In this document: positions 30,668 to 40,604 of the stretch, in pieces
How the letters are laid out: every line of letters starts with the position of its first letter
Numbering within the stretch: position 1 is the stretch's first letter
NCBI GenBank assembly: GCA_019058445.1
Contig: JAHPZA010000001.1
Location: forward strand, 1-64,000
Length of the DNA stretch: 64,000 nt
Direction of reading: 5' to 3'
Source: Promethearchaeota archaeon
Lineage (GTDB): Archaea; Asgardarchaeota; Lokiarchaeia; Sigyniarchaeales; SOKP01
Position numbers and translations under genes: made by a program
The notes under the pieces: generated by a model
What the model was told of the DNA's origin: nothing
The model's input: only the letters and a program-made list of their open reading frames with translations
Databases searched by the model: none

Positions 30668-31615
30668 TCAGTTTTTCTTTACTAGAATGTCAAAAAGAAA
30701 ATCAAAATCAGAAAAATTAAATGGTTTCAAAATATACCCATTCGCTCCCGTCTCTTCTAAGCGACTCTCCACCTCAGAACCAGAAATCGCGGTTAAAAAA
30801 TACACTGGAATATCTTTATATAATTCATCTGATTTAAGCGTTTTACAAATATCATAGCCACTTATATCAGGTAAAATTATATCCAGTAGAATCAGCTGAG
30901 GTGTCCCATTTTTTAGCTCCTCTATACCTTTAAAGCCACTAGGAATTCCCTTACAATTAAAGCCTTTACTTTCAAAGAAACTCGAAATTAACTTTATAGT
31001 AGATACATCATCTTCGATCAGAAGAATGTCATATTCCGAGCCTTGTCCTTTAATATTGTCCAAAAAATTGATAATCTTATTCTCAAGATGTATGCTCTGT
31101 TCAAATATATTTCTAACAGTGGACAATATCTCTTCAGAAAGATTGTCCTTATGAGTTTCAAGAAGCAACTGAGAATACCCTTTTATCGACGTTAAGGGCT
31201 CCTTAAGAGCGTGTGAGATATTGGAAACCGTACCCGGACTAATTTTATTGTTGCTCTCCTCAATAAAATGGCTCACAGACTCCCTTATGAGCTTTGAAAT
31301 GGTCGTGTATTTACTATTCTCAAGAAATTCAGTCCATTTTGTTTTGGTCTCGTCTGAGACGTATAAAGAGATACGTTCTTTGTCCCGATTATATACTTTT
31401 TCTCCTTTCTGCCATCGTTTAAAACCTTCAGTTACGACGCCACGCCAGACAGAATAACGTCCTGTTTCCTGCTCATATTGTATCATCTCAGGTGTTTTTT
31501 CTATAGTTTCTTCCTCTGTTGCTTCCTCTGCGTTATTTATCAATTTGTTGTTTGGGTTGTTATCTGGATTTTCAATGAGCTTATCTTCAGGCATATCTTT
31601 CTTTATTTGAACCAC
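30668..31615 (-). CDS. RHH + HisKA + receiver-domain protein, tandem paralog
   Basis: Same architecture and near-identical motifs as 29563-30456. Confidence 0.8.
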   Translation of the reverse strand: MVQIKKDMPEDKLIENPDNNPNNKLINNAEEATEEETIEKTPEMIQYEQETGRYSVWRGVVTEGFKRWQKGEKVYNRDKERISLYVSDETKTKWTEFLENSKYTTISKLIRESVSHFIEESNNKISPGTVSNISHALKEPLTSIKGYSQLLLETHKDNLSEEILSTVRNIFEQSIHLENKIINFLDNIKGQGSEYDILLIEDDVSTIKLISSFFESKGFNCKGIPSGFKGIEELKNGTPQLILLDIILPDISGYDICKTLKSDELYKDIPVYFLTAISGSEVESRLEETGANGYILKPFNFSDFDFLFDILVKKN

Positions 31616-32023
31616 TTTTTTTTGGACCGTATTTTTTTTTTACATTTACATTTTTTTACAAAATTTTCGTTAGATAATTTTAAAAATTGTACCCGACCGA
31701 AAAAATACTCTTATCTTCAGAAACTTATTACGTACTCCTAGTAAGAGTTTTTAAATATAAATTTACTTATAACCAAAGAAAAATTTTGTGTGTTTATTTT
31801 TGATTTTTACATATTTATTTTTTTGTCGTTTTGGTTTCTTCTAGTTTGTTCACAAATTTAAAAAAAATTTGAACACTAAAAAATGGTAATAAATGCTAGT
31901 TTAACACATTTATTTAAAAAAAGTTGTTTGAAGAAATATTGTGTGTCACCAGTAGTAACAAATTTTGAACCAAAGCATTTAAATATGAAGCCATAATTTT
32001 TTATATTATCAAAAAAAGGTTTT

Positions 32024-32065
32024 GTGTGGTAAAAAAATTCTAGTTTTTACCAAAAAGTGTGGTAA
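32024..32065. promoter_or_regulatory. Inverted/direct repeat cluster upstream of tfb (candidate operator)
   Basis: TGGTAAAAA-8-TTTTTACCA perfect IR (32027-32052); GTGTGGTAA direct repeat at 32024 and 32057. Confidence 0.35.
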
Positions 32066-32150
32066 GAAAAAACGAATTGTTAAAAATTACCCAAAAAAAT
32101 CAAAATAATATTAATGAAATAATAATAATCTAATAACAGGGGTTTTAGGC

Positions 32151-33032
32151 ATGGTTGTAGAATATGATACGGTTTCAAATTTTTGTCCAGAATGTGGGGG
32201 TTTAACGCAAGTTTTTTACGAAAGAGGAGAGACAGTATGTAAGGCTTGCGGTCTGATAGTTGATGAGCGCGGTCTTGACTTATCTCATAGTGGGATAAGG
32301 GCATACACAAAGCAAGAAAAAGATAAGAAGGAAAGAACAGGATGTCCTATTTCAATTTTAATGCCTGACATTGGATTGAGTACGGTGATCGACCGAACCA
32401 AAATTAAGAATCCAGATTTACGAAGGGCGGCAAAGTGGAATACACATATGACATGGGAAAAGAGGAACATGCTAATCGCTATTACGGAGCTAAAGAGGAT
32501 TGGCAGCAACTTGAATTTTCCCGAGCGCGTAAAGAAGGCGGCAGTTCGGCTTTACAAGGAAGTGTTTAAAAGAAAACTATTGCGAGGCAGATCGATAAAT
32601 GGTATGGTTGCGGCTTGTGCGTATTTTGTGTGCAAGGAGGAGAAAGTACCCATTACGCTCCAAGAGATTTTAGACGAGGCATCCATAAACCAAAACATTG
32701 TAAAAAAGTGTTATAAAATTTTAGTAAGAGAGTTGAATTTAAAATCGCCTCATATCGATCCGGTTTCATTGATTCCAAGGTACTGCGCCGATTTAGGCCT
32801 GGGGATTGATGTAGAAAAAGAGACGATAACGGTATTACAGAAGTTTATCGCAAATTCATCCATCTGCGGAAAGGATCCAAAAGGATTATGTGCTGGGGCA
32901 ATTTATTTAGTTGCCAAGCTCAAAAACAGAAAAATCAGTCAAAAGGAAATCAGTCGGGTTATCAACGTCACGGAAGTGACCTTACGTTCCCGATATAAAG
33001 AGCTTTTAAATGGTATTAGTTTTAATTTCTAA
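32151..33032 (+). CDS. tfb: Transcription initiation factor IIB (TFB)
   Basis: CPECG...VCKACG Zn ribbon, RTG.P, two cyclin repeats (RGRSI..., GKDP.G..A, VTEVTLRSRYKEL). Confidence 0.93.
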   Translation: MVVEYDTVSNFCPECGGLTQVFYERGETVCKACGLIVDERGLDLSHSGIRAYTKQEKDKKERTGCPISILMPDIGLSTVIDRTKIKNPDLRRAAKWNTHMTWEKRNMLIAITELKRIGSNLNFPERVKKAAVRLYKEVFKRKLLRGRSINGMVAACAYFVCKEEKVPITLQEILDEASINQNIVKKCYKILVRELNLKSPHIDPVSLIPRYCADLGLGIDVEKETITVLQKFIANSSICGKDPKGLCAGAIYLVAKLKNRKISQKEISRVINVTEVTLRSRYKELLNGISFNF

Positions 33033-33293
33033 ATAAGGATTGTAGAAACTATTTTTCTTTCTTTCTTTTTTTAAAAATTTTTTTAAGAATTAATTAAAAA
33101 TCGTAATTATTTACTAATTTTTTATTGTTTTGAGTAAAATTTAGATTAAATTTTATCGTTTTTTAACAAAAGTTTTATATATAAGTTGATGATAATAGAC
33201 AAATTAATCAACATTTATTTCACAAATAAGTCCAATATATTAAATTATTTTTAAAAAAACAAGGAAACCAACATAAAATAAGATGAGATTAAA

Positions 33294-34694
33294 ATGAGTA
33301 CGGAATGGGAAGATGAAAAGGTATCGATTGGGAAAAGGACGTCATACTCGATGATATGGCTGTTTGATTATATTGTAATAGCAGGTCAATTGTTATTGCT
33401 ATTCCACTATTACCAGGTCGAGATCGGATTATCTACTGCTTTAGTGGGTCTTGCGTTTACAATCTTCGCAGTATGGAACATGATTAACGACCCTCTCATT
33501 GGGTTCCTGACCGATAAGCCCATGCGATGGTCGAAAAAATGGGGGTTGCGGATGCCGTGGATCATTATTGGAGGTGTTCTTACTACACTGTTTTATGTCC
33601 TTCTATTCACGGTGCCTAATGTTGACCCGAAGGAGAATCCTTGGCCGATATTTTGGTACGTTGTAATCATGACATGTCTTTATGACACCTTTTATACAAT
33701 TCTTACTTGTCATGCCTACGGAGGTTTTGCTAATGTATTTCGTACTAGAGAAGATCGCAGGAAGGGTGGTACAATAGGTCAGTTCATGGGTACAGCATCA
33801 CGATTTATTATGATGGGAATATTAATTCCTCTCATTCTTGTAACCGGGGATCCCAGCACATATATTACATGTTCATTATTCACAGCTATAGTGATAGGTG
33901 TTGCTCTTATCCTTTTTATTCCTGGTATCCATGAAAGCGAAGCGGTAAAAACGCGTTATCTTGCGGTGTGGGAGTATTTAAAGGAAAGAAGATTACCCTA
34001 CTTTAAGTTCCTTAAAATCGTATTTAAACAAAGAAATTATATGTTAACTCTTTTTTCTTTCGCTATGTTCACATTTTCATATGCCTTATATTACGCAACT
34101 ACATTATATCTTATTGAGGATGTTTTACGCGTGGGTTTGGAAGCAATGGCGCTTGCTGCTATATCATATACTATAGGTTTTCTAATATCAATTTGGCTAT
34201 GGTCTCGTTTCGTTGCAGATAGATTGGGACATTCGAATACATGGGCGCTAGGTTTGGCAGCTTTAGGTGTTGCATATTTAGCTGCTATGTGGTATACGAC
34301 TGTATTTGAATATGTTCTATGGCATTTTATAGCGGGAGTAGGATCAACTGGATTTTATGCCGTTTGGCAGTCAGTTTTTTCGGATGCATATGATGAGGTC
34401 ACTGACGCAGCTGGGGTTCACCAAGAGGCGTCGCTTGTCGGAATTAATAACTTTTTCTTTCGTTTTTGTTGGGCGATTATTGGTATGGTTATGGCAGGCA
34501 TTTTTATTCTAACGGGGTATGTCCCGGGTGCGTCCGTACAAAAGCCATCTGCCCAAATGGGGATTCGGATACTTGTAGGAGGTATACCTGCAGTCTGTTG
34601 TTTCATTGGAGCTTTAGTGATAGTTTTATTTTACAATCTAAAAGGAGAGAAAAGAGAACAATTAATGAAAAGTCTGCGCGAAAAAGGGCTTTAA
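33294..34694 (+). CDS. MFS transporter, glycoside-pentoside-hexuronide (MelB/GPH) family
   Basis: WNMINDPLIGFLTD, GLRMPW, D..DE.....G...E, TGYVPG...Q...A..GIR. Confidence 0.88.
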   Translation: MSTEWEDEKVSIGKRTSYSMIWLFDYIVIAGQLLLLFHYYQVEIGLSTALVGLAFTIFAVWNMINDPLIGFLTDKPMRWSKKWGLRMPWIIIGGVLTTLFYVLLFTVPNVDPKENPWPIFWYVVIMTCLYDTFYTILTCHAYGGFANVFRTREDRRKGGTIGQFMGTASRFIMMGILIPLILVTGDPSTYITCSLFTAIVIGVALILFIPGIHESEAVKTRYLAVWEYLKERRLPYFKFLKIVFKQRNYMLTLFSFAMFTFSYALYYATTLYLIEDVLRVGLEAMALAAISYTIGFLISIWLWSRFVADRLGHSNTWALGLAALGVAYLAAMWYTTVFEYVLWHFIAGVGSTGFYAVWQSVFSDAYDEVTDAAGVHQEASLVGINNFFFRFCWAIIGMVMAGIFILTGYVPGASVQKPSAQMGIRILVGGIPAVCCFIGALVIVLFYNLKGEKREQLMKSLREKGL

Positions 34695-34904
34695 AAAAGC
34701 CTTTTGATTTAAATTCTAATAAAAATCTTACTTTTTTTTTGATCTTTACTTTTTATAAAAAAATAAGAGAACTAAATATAACCCTTCTCAGTTAGAGCGA
34801 TTATTAAGAGAAAGGTTATTACGAAGTTTTGATATTACTTGAAAGATATAATCTATGAACTCTAAAATATCTTTAAAGCAAAAGAAGTTGTGTAATGAAA
34901 GAGT

Positions 34905-35627
34905 TTAATTTTGGTGTCCGGTCCTTCTGGCAGCAATTTGTCCTACTTTTCTGCCAGGAGGGGCATTTCTGCTGGTAGTAGTAGGTTTATGAGGTGATTG
35001 TTTTGCTCCTCCGCCATAGGGATGAGAAGCTGCGGTCATTGCGACTCCTCGGACGACCGGCCATTTTTTAGCTTTCGATTGCTTGTAGTAAAATTTATTG
35101 CCCGCTTTAACAAAAGGTTTATCGGTTCTTCCGCCACCGGCAACTACTCCTACGGTGCACAGGCAATTTTCGTGAAACCATTTTCGTTTTTTGGAGCGAA
35201 AAAGAAGTTCAACTTTATTACCAGAGCGATTTCTCACAATGGCTGCGACTCCTGAAGCTCGCGCAAATTTTCCGCCATCTTGAGGTTTTCCTTCGATATT
35301 ATATACTAAAGTTCCTAAGGGAATCTCTTTTAATGGTATAATCGTTCCCACTTCAATAGGTTGTCCGCTTTTGGCTTGAACGAACTCATCACCTTCATAA
35401 ATTCCTTCTGGAGGGAGCCATAATCCTTTTTGGCCGTCTTCATATTTTATTTTAGCTAAAGGTGCCCCTCTTCCTGGAGAGTGAATAAGTTCTATGACTT
35501 TAAATTTGAATAGTTCTTCTCCTTCTTTGAAGGGGCGATATTTTACAGCGCCGACATGTCGATGTGAGGGTGAACGCCAAGCTAAAGTTCCTCGTCCTTT
35601 CCGTTGCGCAAGAATTCTCTTTCCCAT
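34905..35627 (-). CDS. rpl2: Ribosomal protein uL2
   Basis: MGKRILAQRKGRG, H.PGRGAPLA, ARASG, VAGGGR..KP, WP.VRGVAM...HP.GGG, PPGRKVG. ATG at 35627 is the likely start. Confidence 0.97.
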   Translation of the reverse strand: MGKRILAQRKGRGTLAWRSPSHRHVGAVKYRPFKEGEELFKFKVIELIHSPGRGAPLAKIKYEDGQKGLWLPPEGIYEGDEFVQAKSGQPIEVGTIIPLKEIPLGTLVYNIEGKPQDGGKFARASGVAAIVRNRSGNKVELLFRSKKRKWFHENCLCTVGVVAGGGRTDKPFVKAGNKFYYKQSKAKKWPVVRGVAMTAASHPYGGGAKQSPHKPTTTSRNAPPGRKVGQIAARRTGHQN

Positions 35628-35768
35628 CTGAATCACGAAATATAGTAATTAGTATAATTTAATTAATAAAAGTTTAAATTTTTTATTATTTTGCGTAGTG
35701 GGTAATGAAAAATTAGGAAATTGAAATAAAAAAAAGAACACATGAGGAGTATTCATAAGTGCAAAAAA

Positions 35769-37127
35769 TTAGAGCTTTTTGTTTTTTAATAATTCGTCTA
35801 TGTTATAATTGAATGCAATGGGAATTTCTCTTTCGATAATCTCACCGGCTATATTTTTAAGGAGCATTTCTTTAACTTCTTGAGGATTAGTAGTTTGTCC
35901 TAATACCCATCCAAGTTTCACATAACCTACTTCGGGCAGCATATTTTTTCCGGGTATGACACCCATATTTTGTAATTCTCGTCCAGTGGAGTATACATTC
36001 ATTCCTACAAACCCATGCAAAGTTTGGGTGGTCATAAGAACAACGATTCCTTCCTGGACGGCTCTTTCAACAGATTCATAAATCGTAGTGCTTACATGCC
36101 CCAGCCCTGTACCGGCAAATACAATACCTTTATATCCTTTATCAATATAGAAATCAATTAGCTCTTTATCTAATCCGGGATAAGAATAGACCAGGGCAAC
36201 CTTTTTTTCGAATTGAGGCAACACGCTTGTTTGAGATTTTGATCTTTTATTATAATTGGTTTTGAACATTTTTATTGTTCTGTTTTGAACCATTCCTAAT
36301 GGGATATCGTCAATTGTTCTAAAGGTATTTCTAACTGAGGAGTGCATTTTTCTTACTAAGGTGCCTCTATGGATTAAGCCATACTCATGTGCAGTGGAAC
36401 CTAACATGGTAACTACCACTTCAGCGATATTTGAAGTTGCAACAATTGAAGCATTAATTAAATTCAATGCTGCATCAGAAGAGGGTCTGTCCGAACTCCT
36501 TTGGCTTCCCACAAGAACAACTGGGATTGATAAATCTTGTAGCATGAATGATAAAGCTGCTGAGGTGTAGCTCATTGTATCAGTTCCGTGCCCAATAATA
36601 ATCCCATCTTTTCCAGAAGTTGCTGCTTCTTCAATTTTTTTAGCTAATTGTTGCCAATAGTCAGGTCTCATATTTTCTGAGAGAATTTCAAAGACAATTT
36701 CCGTGTCAAGATTGCATATTTCAGCTAATTCGGGTACTGCGCTAAAAAGTTCTCCCGGGGTAAAAGAGGGAATAACAGCCCCTGTAGTATAATCTAATCT
36801 AGAAGCCACAGTTCCACCGGTTCCTAATAATTTAATGTTAGGGAGTTTTTTATTGATGGGAAATTGTTTTTCGGGAATTTTATAATGGGCTTCTCTTTTT
36901 CCTATTTTTTCAATAGTGAGGATTTGTGTGGCGTGAATTCCAATGTTATAATTATTTTCAAGCTTAATTTCAATATAATCTGGAGCGGAATATTCATTCC
37001 TAGGGAGCACAATGCCTTCATACTCACCCTCTTTGGTTTTTACTTTAATAATATCCCAAATAGCAACTTTATTTTTTTTTAGGATTTCTTTCCCTTTTCC
37101 TTTATATCCTTTTAAGTTTTCTGCCAT
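35769..37127 (-). CDS. gatD: Glu-tRNA(Gln) amidotransferase subunit D
   Basis: IKLENNYNIG, TGGTVASRLDYTTG, HGTDT, GSQRSSDRPSSD, RKMHSS. Confidence 0.96.
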   Translation of the reverse strand: MAENLKGYKGKGKEILKKNKVAIWDIIKVKTKEGEYEGIVLPRNEYSAPDYIEIKLENNYNIGIHATQILTIEKIGKREAHYKIPEKQFPINKKLPNIKLLGTGGTVASRLDYTTGAVIPSFTPGELFSAVPELAEICNLDTEIVFEILSENMRPDYWQQLAKKIEEAATSGKDGIIIGHGTDTMSYTSAALSFMLQDLSIPVVLVGSQRSSDRPSSDAALNLINASIVATSNIAEVVVTMLGSTAHEYGLIHRGTLVRKMHSSVRNTFRTIDDIPLGMVQNRTIKMFKTNYNKRSKSQTSVLPQFEKKVALVYSYPGLDKELIDFYIDKGYKGIVFAGTGLGHVSTTIYESVERAVQEGIVVLMTTQTLHGFVGMNVYSTGRELQNMGVIPGKNMLPEVGYVKLGWVLGQTTNPQEVKEMLLKNIAGEIIEREIPIAFNYNIDELLKNKKL

Positions 37128-39047
37128 TTATTTCAACTCCTTTAATTTTTGCTGTAACATAATTTTTAATTCATTAGAAACGATATTACCGTCAATTTTT
37201 CCCCTCACTTTTTTCATAACTTCTCCCATCAAGGGTCCCATAGCTCTCATTTCTTTTTCTTTTACCATGTCTTCATTCTTAGTTACAATATCTCGTATTA
37301 TTTTCTTTAAATCGTCTTCTGAAATTTTTTCAATTTTTAGCTCTTTTTTAAGTTCATTTATTGATAAATCAGGAGTTTCTGACTTTGCAATCATAAAATC
37401 TTCAATCGCTTCTTTGCCAATTTCGCCATTTTTTAAGAGGGAAAAAACATCGATAAAATCTTTTTCTGTAATATTTTCGACATCTTTCCCGTCTCTTCTC
37501 AACGCCGTGGTTGTCTCTAATAGAGTGGTTATTATAAGAGTAGGATTATCAGGAGTGATTTTGAGTAGCTCATTAAAAAGGTGTAAATTACCGGTAAAAA
37601 TTAATTCTTTAATTAATCGTTCTTCCATTTTATATTTTTGCGAGTATTGCTTGATTATAGTCCATGGATACTCAGGCAGGTTTTTTTGTATCTCTTTAAT
37701 TTCTTTTTCTGGGTTAATTATTGCCTGCGAGTCAGTATCTGGGTATAATCTTGCACCCCCATGTAATTCTCTTAAAAATTCTGTATTGCCATTTTCCAAT
37801 GCTCTACGTGTTTCAGGCGGGACTCCTTTAAAAGCATATTTAACCCGATTAATAATAACATTCATAGCCTTATTGATTTCATCCTGAGTTCCTAAGATTA
37901 ATATAAAACAATCATCTTGTTTTGAATTTAATTGCTTGTGAAGTTTTTTAATATCCTCATCAGAGAATTTATAATTTTTTAAATTTTCATCTGAATGAAT
38001 AATACCTTTCAATCCAGAAATAGATTTAACTTTGCTACTTACTTCGGTGCCAAATCTATAATCTTCCATCAATTCCATCCCAAAAATCCCTTTAAAACCT
38101 TTTATATTAATTCCGTAGAGTTTTTTTCCAGATTTTATTCCTTTGGAAATGAAATTTGACTTAGTATTTGCCATTATTTTTGATAAATCAATAGGCTTAC
38201 TTATGGTATTATCTTCTTTTACAGCTCGTTTCTCCAGTTCTCCTTTAATTTCAACTAATTTTAACTGTCTTGAGACTTCATGATTGATTAGGATTGGAAT
38301 CCAGTCTAATTTTTGGACACCTTTAATCTCGATTCTAGTTCCTTTTTTAATACTTACATTAACATCTTGTCGAATAGAACCTAGAACTTTTTTTACTTTA
38401 GAAGTCCATAGTAGTAATCCTAGTCGTTCGGCAGCTTCACGGCATTCATATGGATCGCTGATATCTGGTTTAGTCGTAACTTCTACTAAAGGAATACCTA
38501 ACCGATCTAGTCGAAAAAAGTTAGTTTTGTTTTCGGTTTTGATTTTTCTGGCGGCATCTTCTTCTAAACAAAGGATGTCTATGCCGATTTTTTTTCCATT
38601 TTCTAATTCCACATAGCCATCTTTCGCAAGAATCATTGTTCTTTGAAAGCCACAGGGGACGCTTCCGTCAAGGTAATTTTTTCTGCACACATGCATTTCT
38701 TCAATGATGTTAGCATTCAGAAGTAACGCAATTTCCATAGCAATTTTTCTCGCTTCATCATTACAGTCAAAAGGGGGAGTTTCATCTAATTCATATGTAC
38801 AAATTACGTCATTATAGCCTTCATAAGTAATGTCCATACCTTTTTCGTATTCCGTAAGCATGGCCTCATCATAGGTCCCCATTTCTCCTAGAACTGGTCT
38901 CATGAAGCGTTTTATCATAAAATCAGGTTCGCGCGTACCTTGTAATTTATTAGGGCATCTACAAAATAATTTTGTGTTAGAATCAAGTTGTTGATGAATT
39001 TCGAGACCACACATAAGACCTAATTTTTCATAATCAAACTCTTCCAT
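37128..39047 (-). CDS. gatE: Glu-tRNA(Gln) amidotransferase subunit E
   Basis: GLEIHQQL, KLFC.CP, DGS...GFQRT, LEEDAAR, LDRLGIPLVE, RQDVNVSI, GARLYP.TD. Confidence 0.96.
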   Translation of the reverse strand: MEEFDYEKLGLMCGLEIHQQLDSNTKLFCRCPNKLQGTREPDFMIKRFMRPVLGEMGTYDEAMLTEYEKGMDITYEGYNDVICTYELDETPPFDCNDEARKIAMEIALLLNANIIEEMHVCRKNYLDGSVPCGFQRTMILAKDGYVELENGKKIGIDILCLEEDAARKIKTENKTNFFRLDRLGIPLVEVTTKPDISDPYECREAAERLGLLLWTSKVKKVLGSIRQDVNVSIKKGTRIEIKGVQKLDWIPILINHEVSRQLKLVEIKGELEKRAVKEDNTISKPIDLSKIMANTKSNFISKGIKSGKKLYGINIKGFKGIFGMELMEDYRFGTEVSSKVKSISGLKGIIHSDENLKNYKFSDEDIKKLHKQLNSKQDDCFILILGTQDEINKAMNVIINRVKYAFKGVPPETRRALENGNTEFLRELHGGARLYPDTDSQAIINPEKEIKEIQKNLPEYPWTIIKQYSQKYKMEERLIKELIFTGNLHLFNELLKITPDNPTLIITTLLETTTALRRDGKDVENITEKDFIDVFSLLKNGEIGKEAIEDFMIAKSETPDLSINELKKELKIEKISEDDLKKIIRDIVTKNEDMVKEKEMRAMGPLMGEVMKKVRGKIDGNIVSNELKIMLQQKLKELK

Positions 39048-39160
39048 AGTTAATCAAGTTTTTAGTATAATTTATTATTTTTTCATAATTTCTAGTGTTT
39101 TTGTTGTTCCATCACATATAACGAGGATGAAAAGTAAGATATATCTAATTTAAGTTAAGG

Positions 39161-40252
39161 TTAAGTGAGTGTTTCTTCTAAATAAAATCTTCCATTCTCT
39201 TGAGTAATATTTGCATATTTTGAAAGATGGTTAAGTAAAAAATCATAGTCTTCTTTGTTTTTTTCTTTGGAGAGCCGAATTTGAAAAATTAAATCTGTTT
39301 CATTTTCTATTCGAATCCAGTGCAAATGTTCAAAATATTTTAATAAGCTTAGTAAAAATGTCCCATCTTCTCCGAACTCCTTTAAATCATTTTCAATAAT
39401 ATCAACCCATCTCTCTCTGGCTTTATTATTAATAAAATGTATGATAGCATCATTATCCTCAGCCATTTTACTCCATAAATAATAGGTTTCATCATTAATA
39501 ATACGATTAAAATTTATCATAAATCGAAGATTAGAGTCTACAAGTTTTTTTCTCTCTTTTAAAGCTAATTCTTTCTTATAGAATAAATCTGTCGGGGTAA
39601 GATCATAGCGAGCATAGATATCTTTATCAGAATAAATAAAATCTATTATTTCAGCTCCCATTAGAGCTATTATTGCCGCATTAAATTTGCAATTTTCAAA
39701 ATGTAAATTTCTATAACCTTTTTTAGCAGAATATTCAAAAATTATTGAGGGGTACTTAATATCTTTTTTAGTATAAAATTCTAGATGCGCATCTTTTAAC
39801 ATTTTATTAGAGAACCAGACCGTTTTCAATCGTTCCAAAGATAATTTTAAAGCTTCTAAGTGGTGAGGATCCATATTTTGGGTATAATATTTTCGCACTG
39901 TTAAAATAAAATTGAGCATCGAAAAGATATCAATATCGGTGTATCTATTCATTTTAGCGACCATCTCATGGAATGGAACTATAGCTTTAAATCCAAATTG
40001 ATCATATATTTCATCAATCTCACTGTCAATTACTTTACTAAAATCATCTAATGTTTTTCCTTTTTCAAGAATATTTAATACATTTTCCATTACATAACAA
40101 TAAAACGCAGAAACACTTTTATATCTCACATCATGTGGAAGTTTCTCATGCATAACGTTTACGTGTCTTTTTATCCAATCTTTAAGTGCTGGAGATATGG
40201 AAATTGCCTGCTGGGATATTTTTTTATTAGATAAATATTTTTTCGGAGTCAT
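39161..40252 (-). CDS. Hypothetical protein with possible N-terminal RHH-like DNA-binding segment
   Basis: QQAISISPALKDWIKR...KSVSAF resembles a strand-helix-helix fold; the remainder is unrecognised. Confidence 0.5.
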   Translation of the reverse strand: MTPKKYLSNKKISQQAISISPALKDWIKRHVNVMHEKLPHDVRYKSVSAFYCYVMENVLNILEKGKTLDDFSKVIDSEIDEIYDQFGFKAIVPFHEMVAKMNRYTDIDIFSMLNFILTVRKYYTQNMDPHHLEALKLSLERLKTVWFSNKMLKDAHLEFYTKKDIKYPSIIFEYSAKKGYRNLHFENCKFNAAIIALMGAEIIDFIYSDKDIYARYDLTPTDLFYKKELALKERKKLVDSNLRFMINFNRIINDETYYLWSKMAEDNDAIIHFINNKARERWVDIIENDLKEFGEDGTFLLSLLKYFEHLHWIRIENETDLIFQIRLSKEKNKEDYDFLLNHLSKYANITQENGRFYLEETLT

Positions 40253-40490
40253 AATATATCACGAGTACGAAGGGACTTATTAGTATATATTAGATAAAAT
40301 CTTATAAAAATATTTATTTTTTCATAAAGAAATAAGATTTATTGAATATTTTTTCTTTTATGTAATACATTTTATCCAAAATTATAAGTAACGATTAAGA
40401 TTTCTTAATAAATGTTTTTTTGGAGTGATTAAACAATAATACAAATTAAGAAAAACCTATTATATACATTTAAATAGGGGAATGAAATTT

Positions 40491-40604
40491 GTGACACGGA
40501 TAGATCAATCCATAATAATATATATTTAAATAAGGAGACTTTTGGATCCAGGACCTAAAACAAGCTAAGAAAGAGAGTAGAGGGAGAAGGGCAAAATCCG
40601 TGTC
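40491..40604 (+). ncRNA. Candidate end-paired structured RNA (copy 2 of GGAG(G/A)AGGGCAAAATC family)
   Basis: GACACGGAT (40493-40501) pairs with ATCCGTGTC (40596-40604); shared motif at 40579-40598; TATA-like TTATATA about 30 nt upstream. Confidence 0.4.

Noticed and set aside
37012-37887. 291-aa + strand ORF and the other antisense ORFs in the track
   Set aside because: Shadow ORFs opposite well-supported genes (gatE/gatD etc.), with no motifs.
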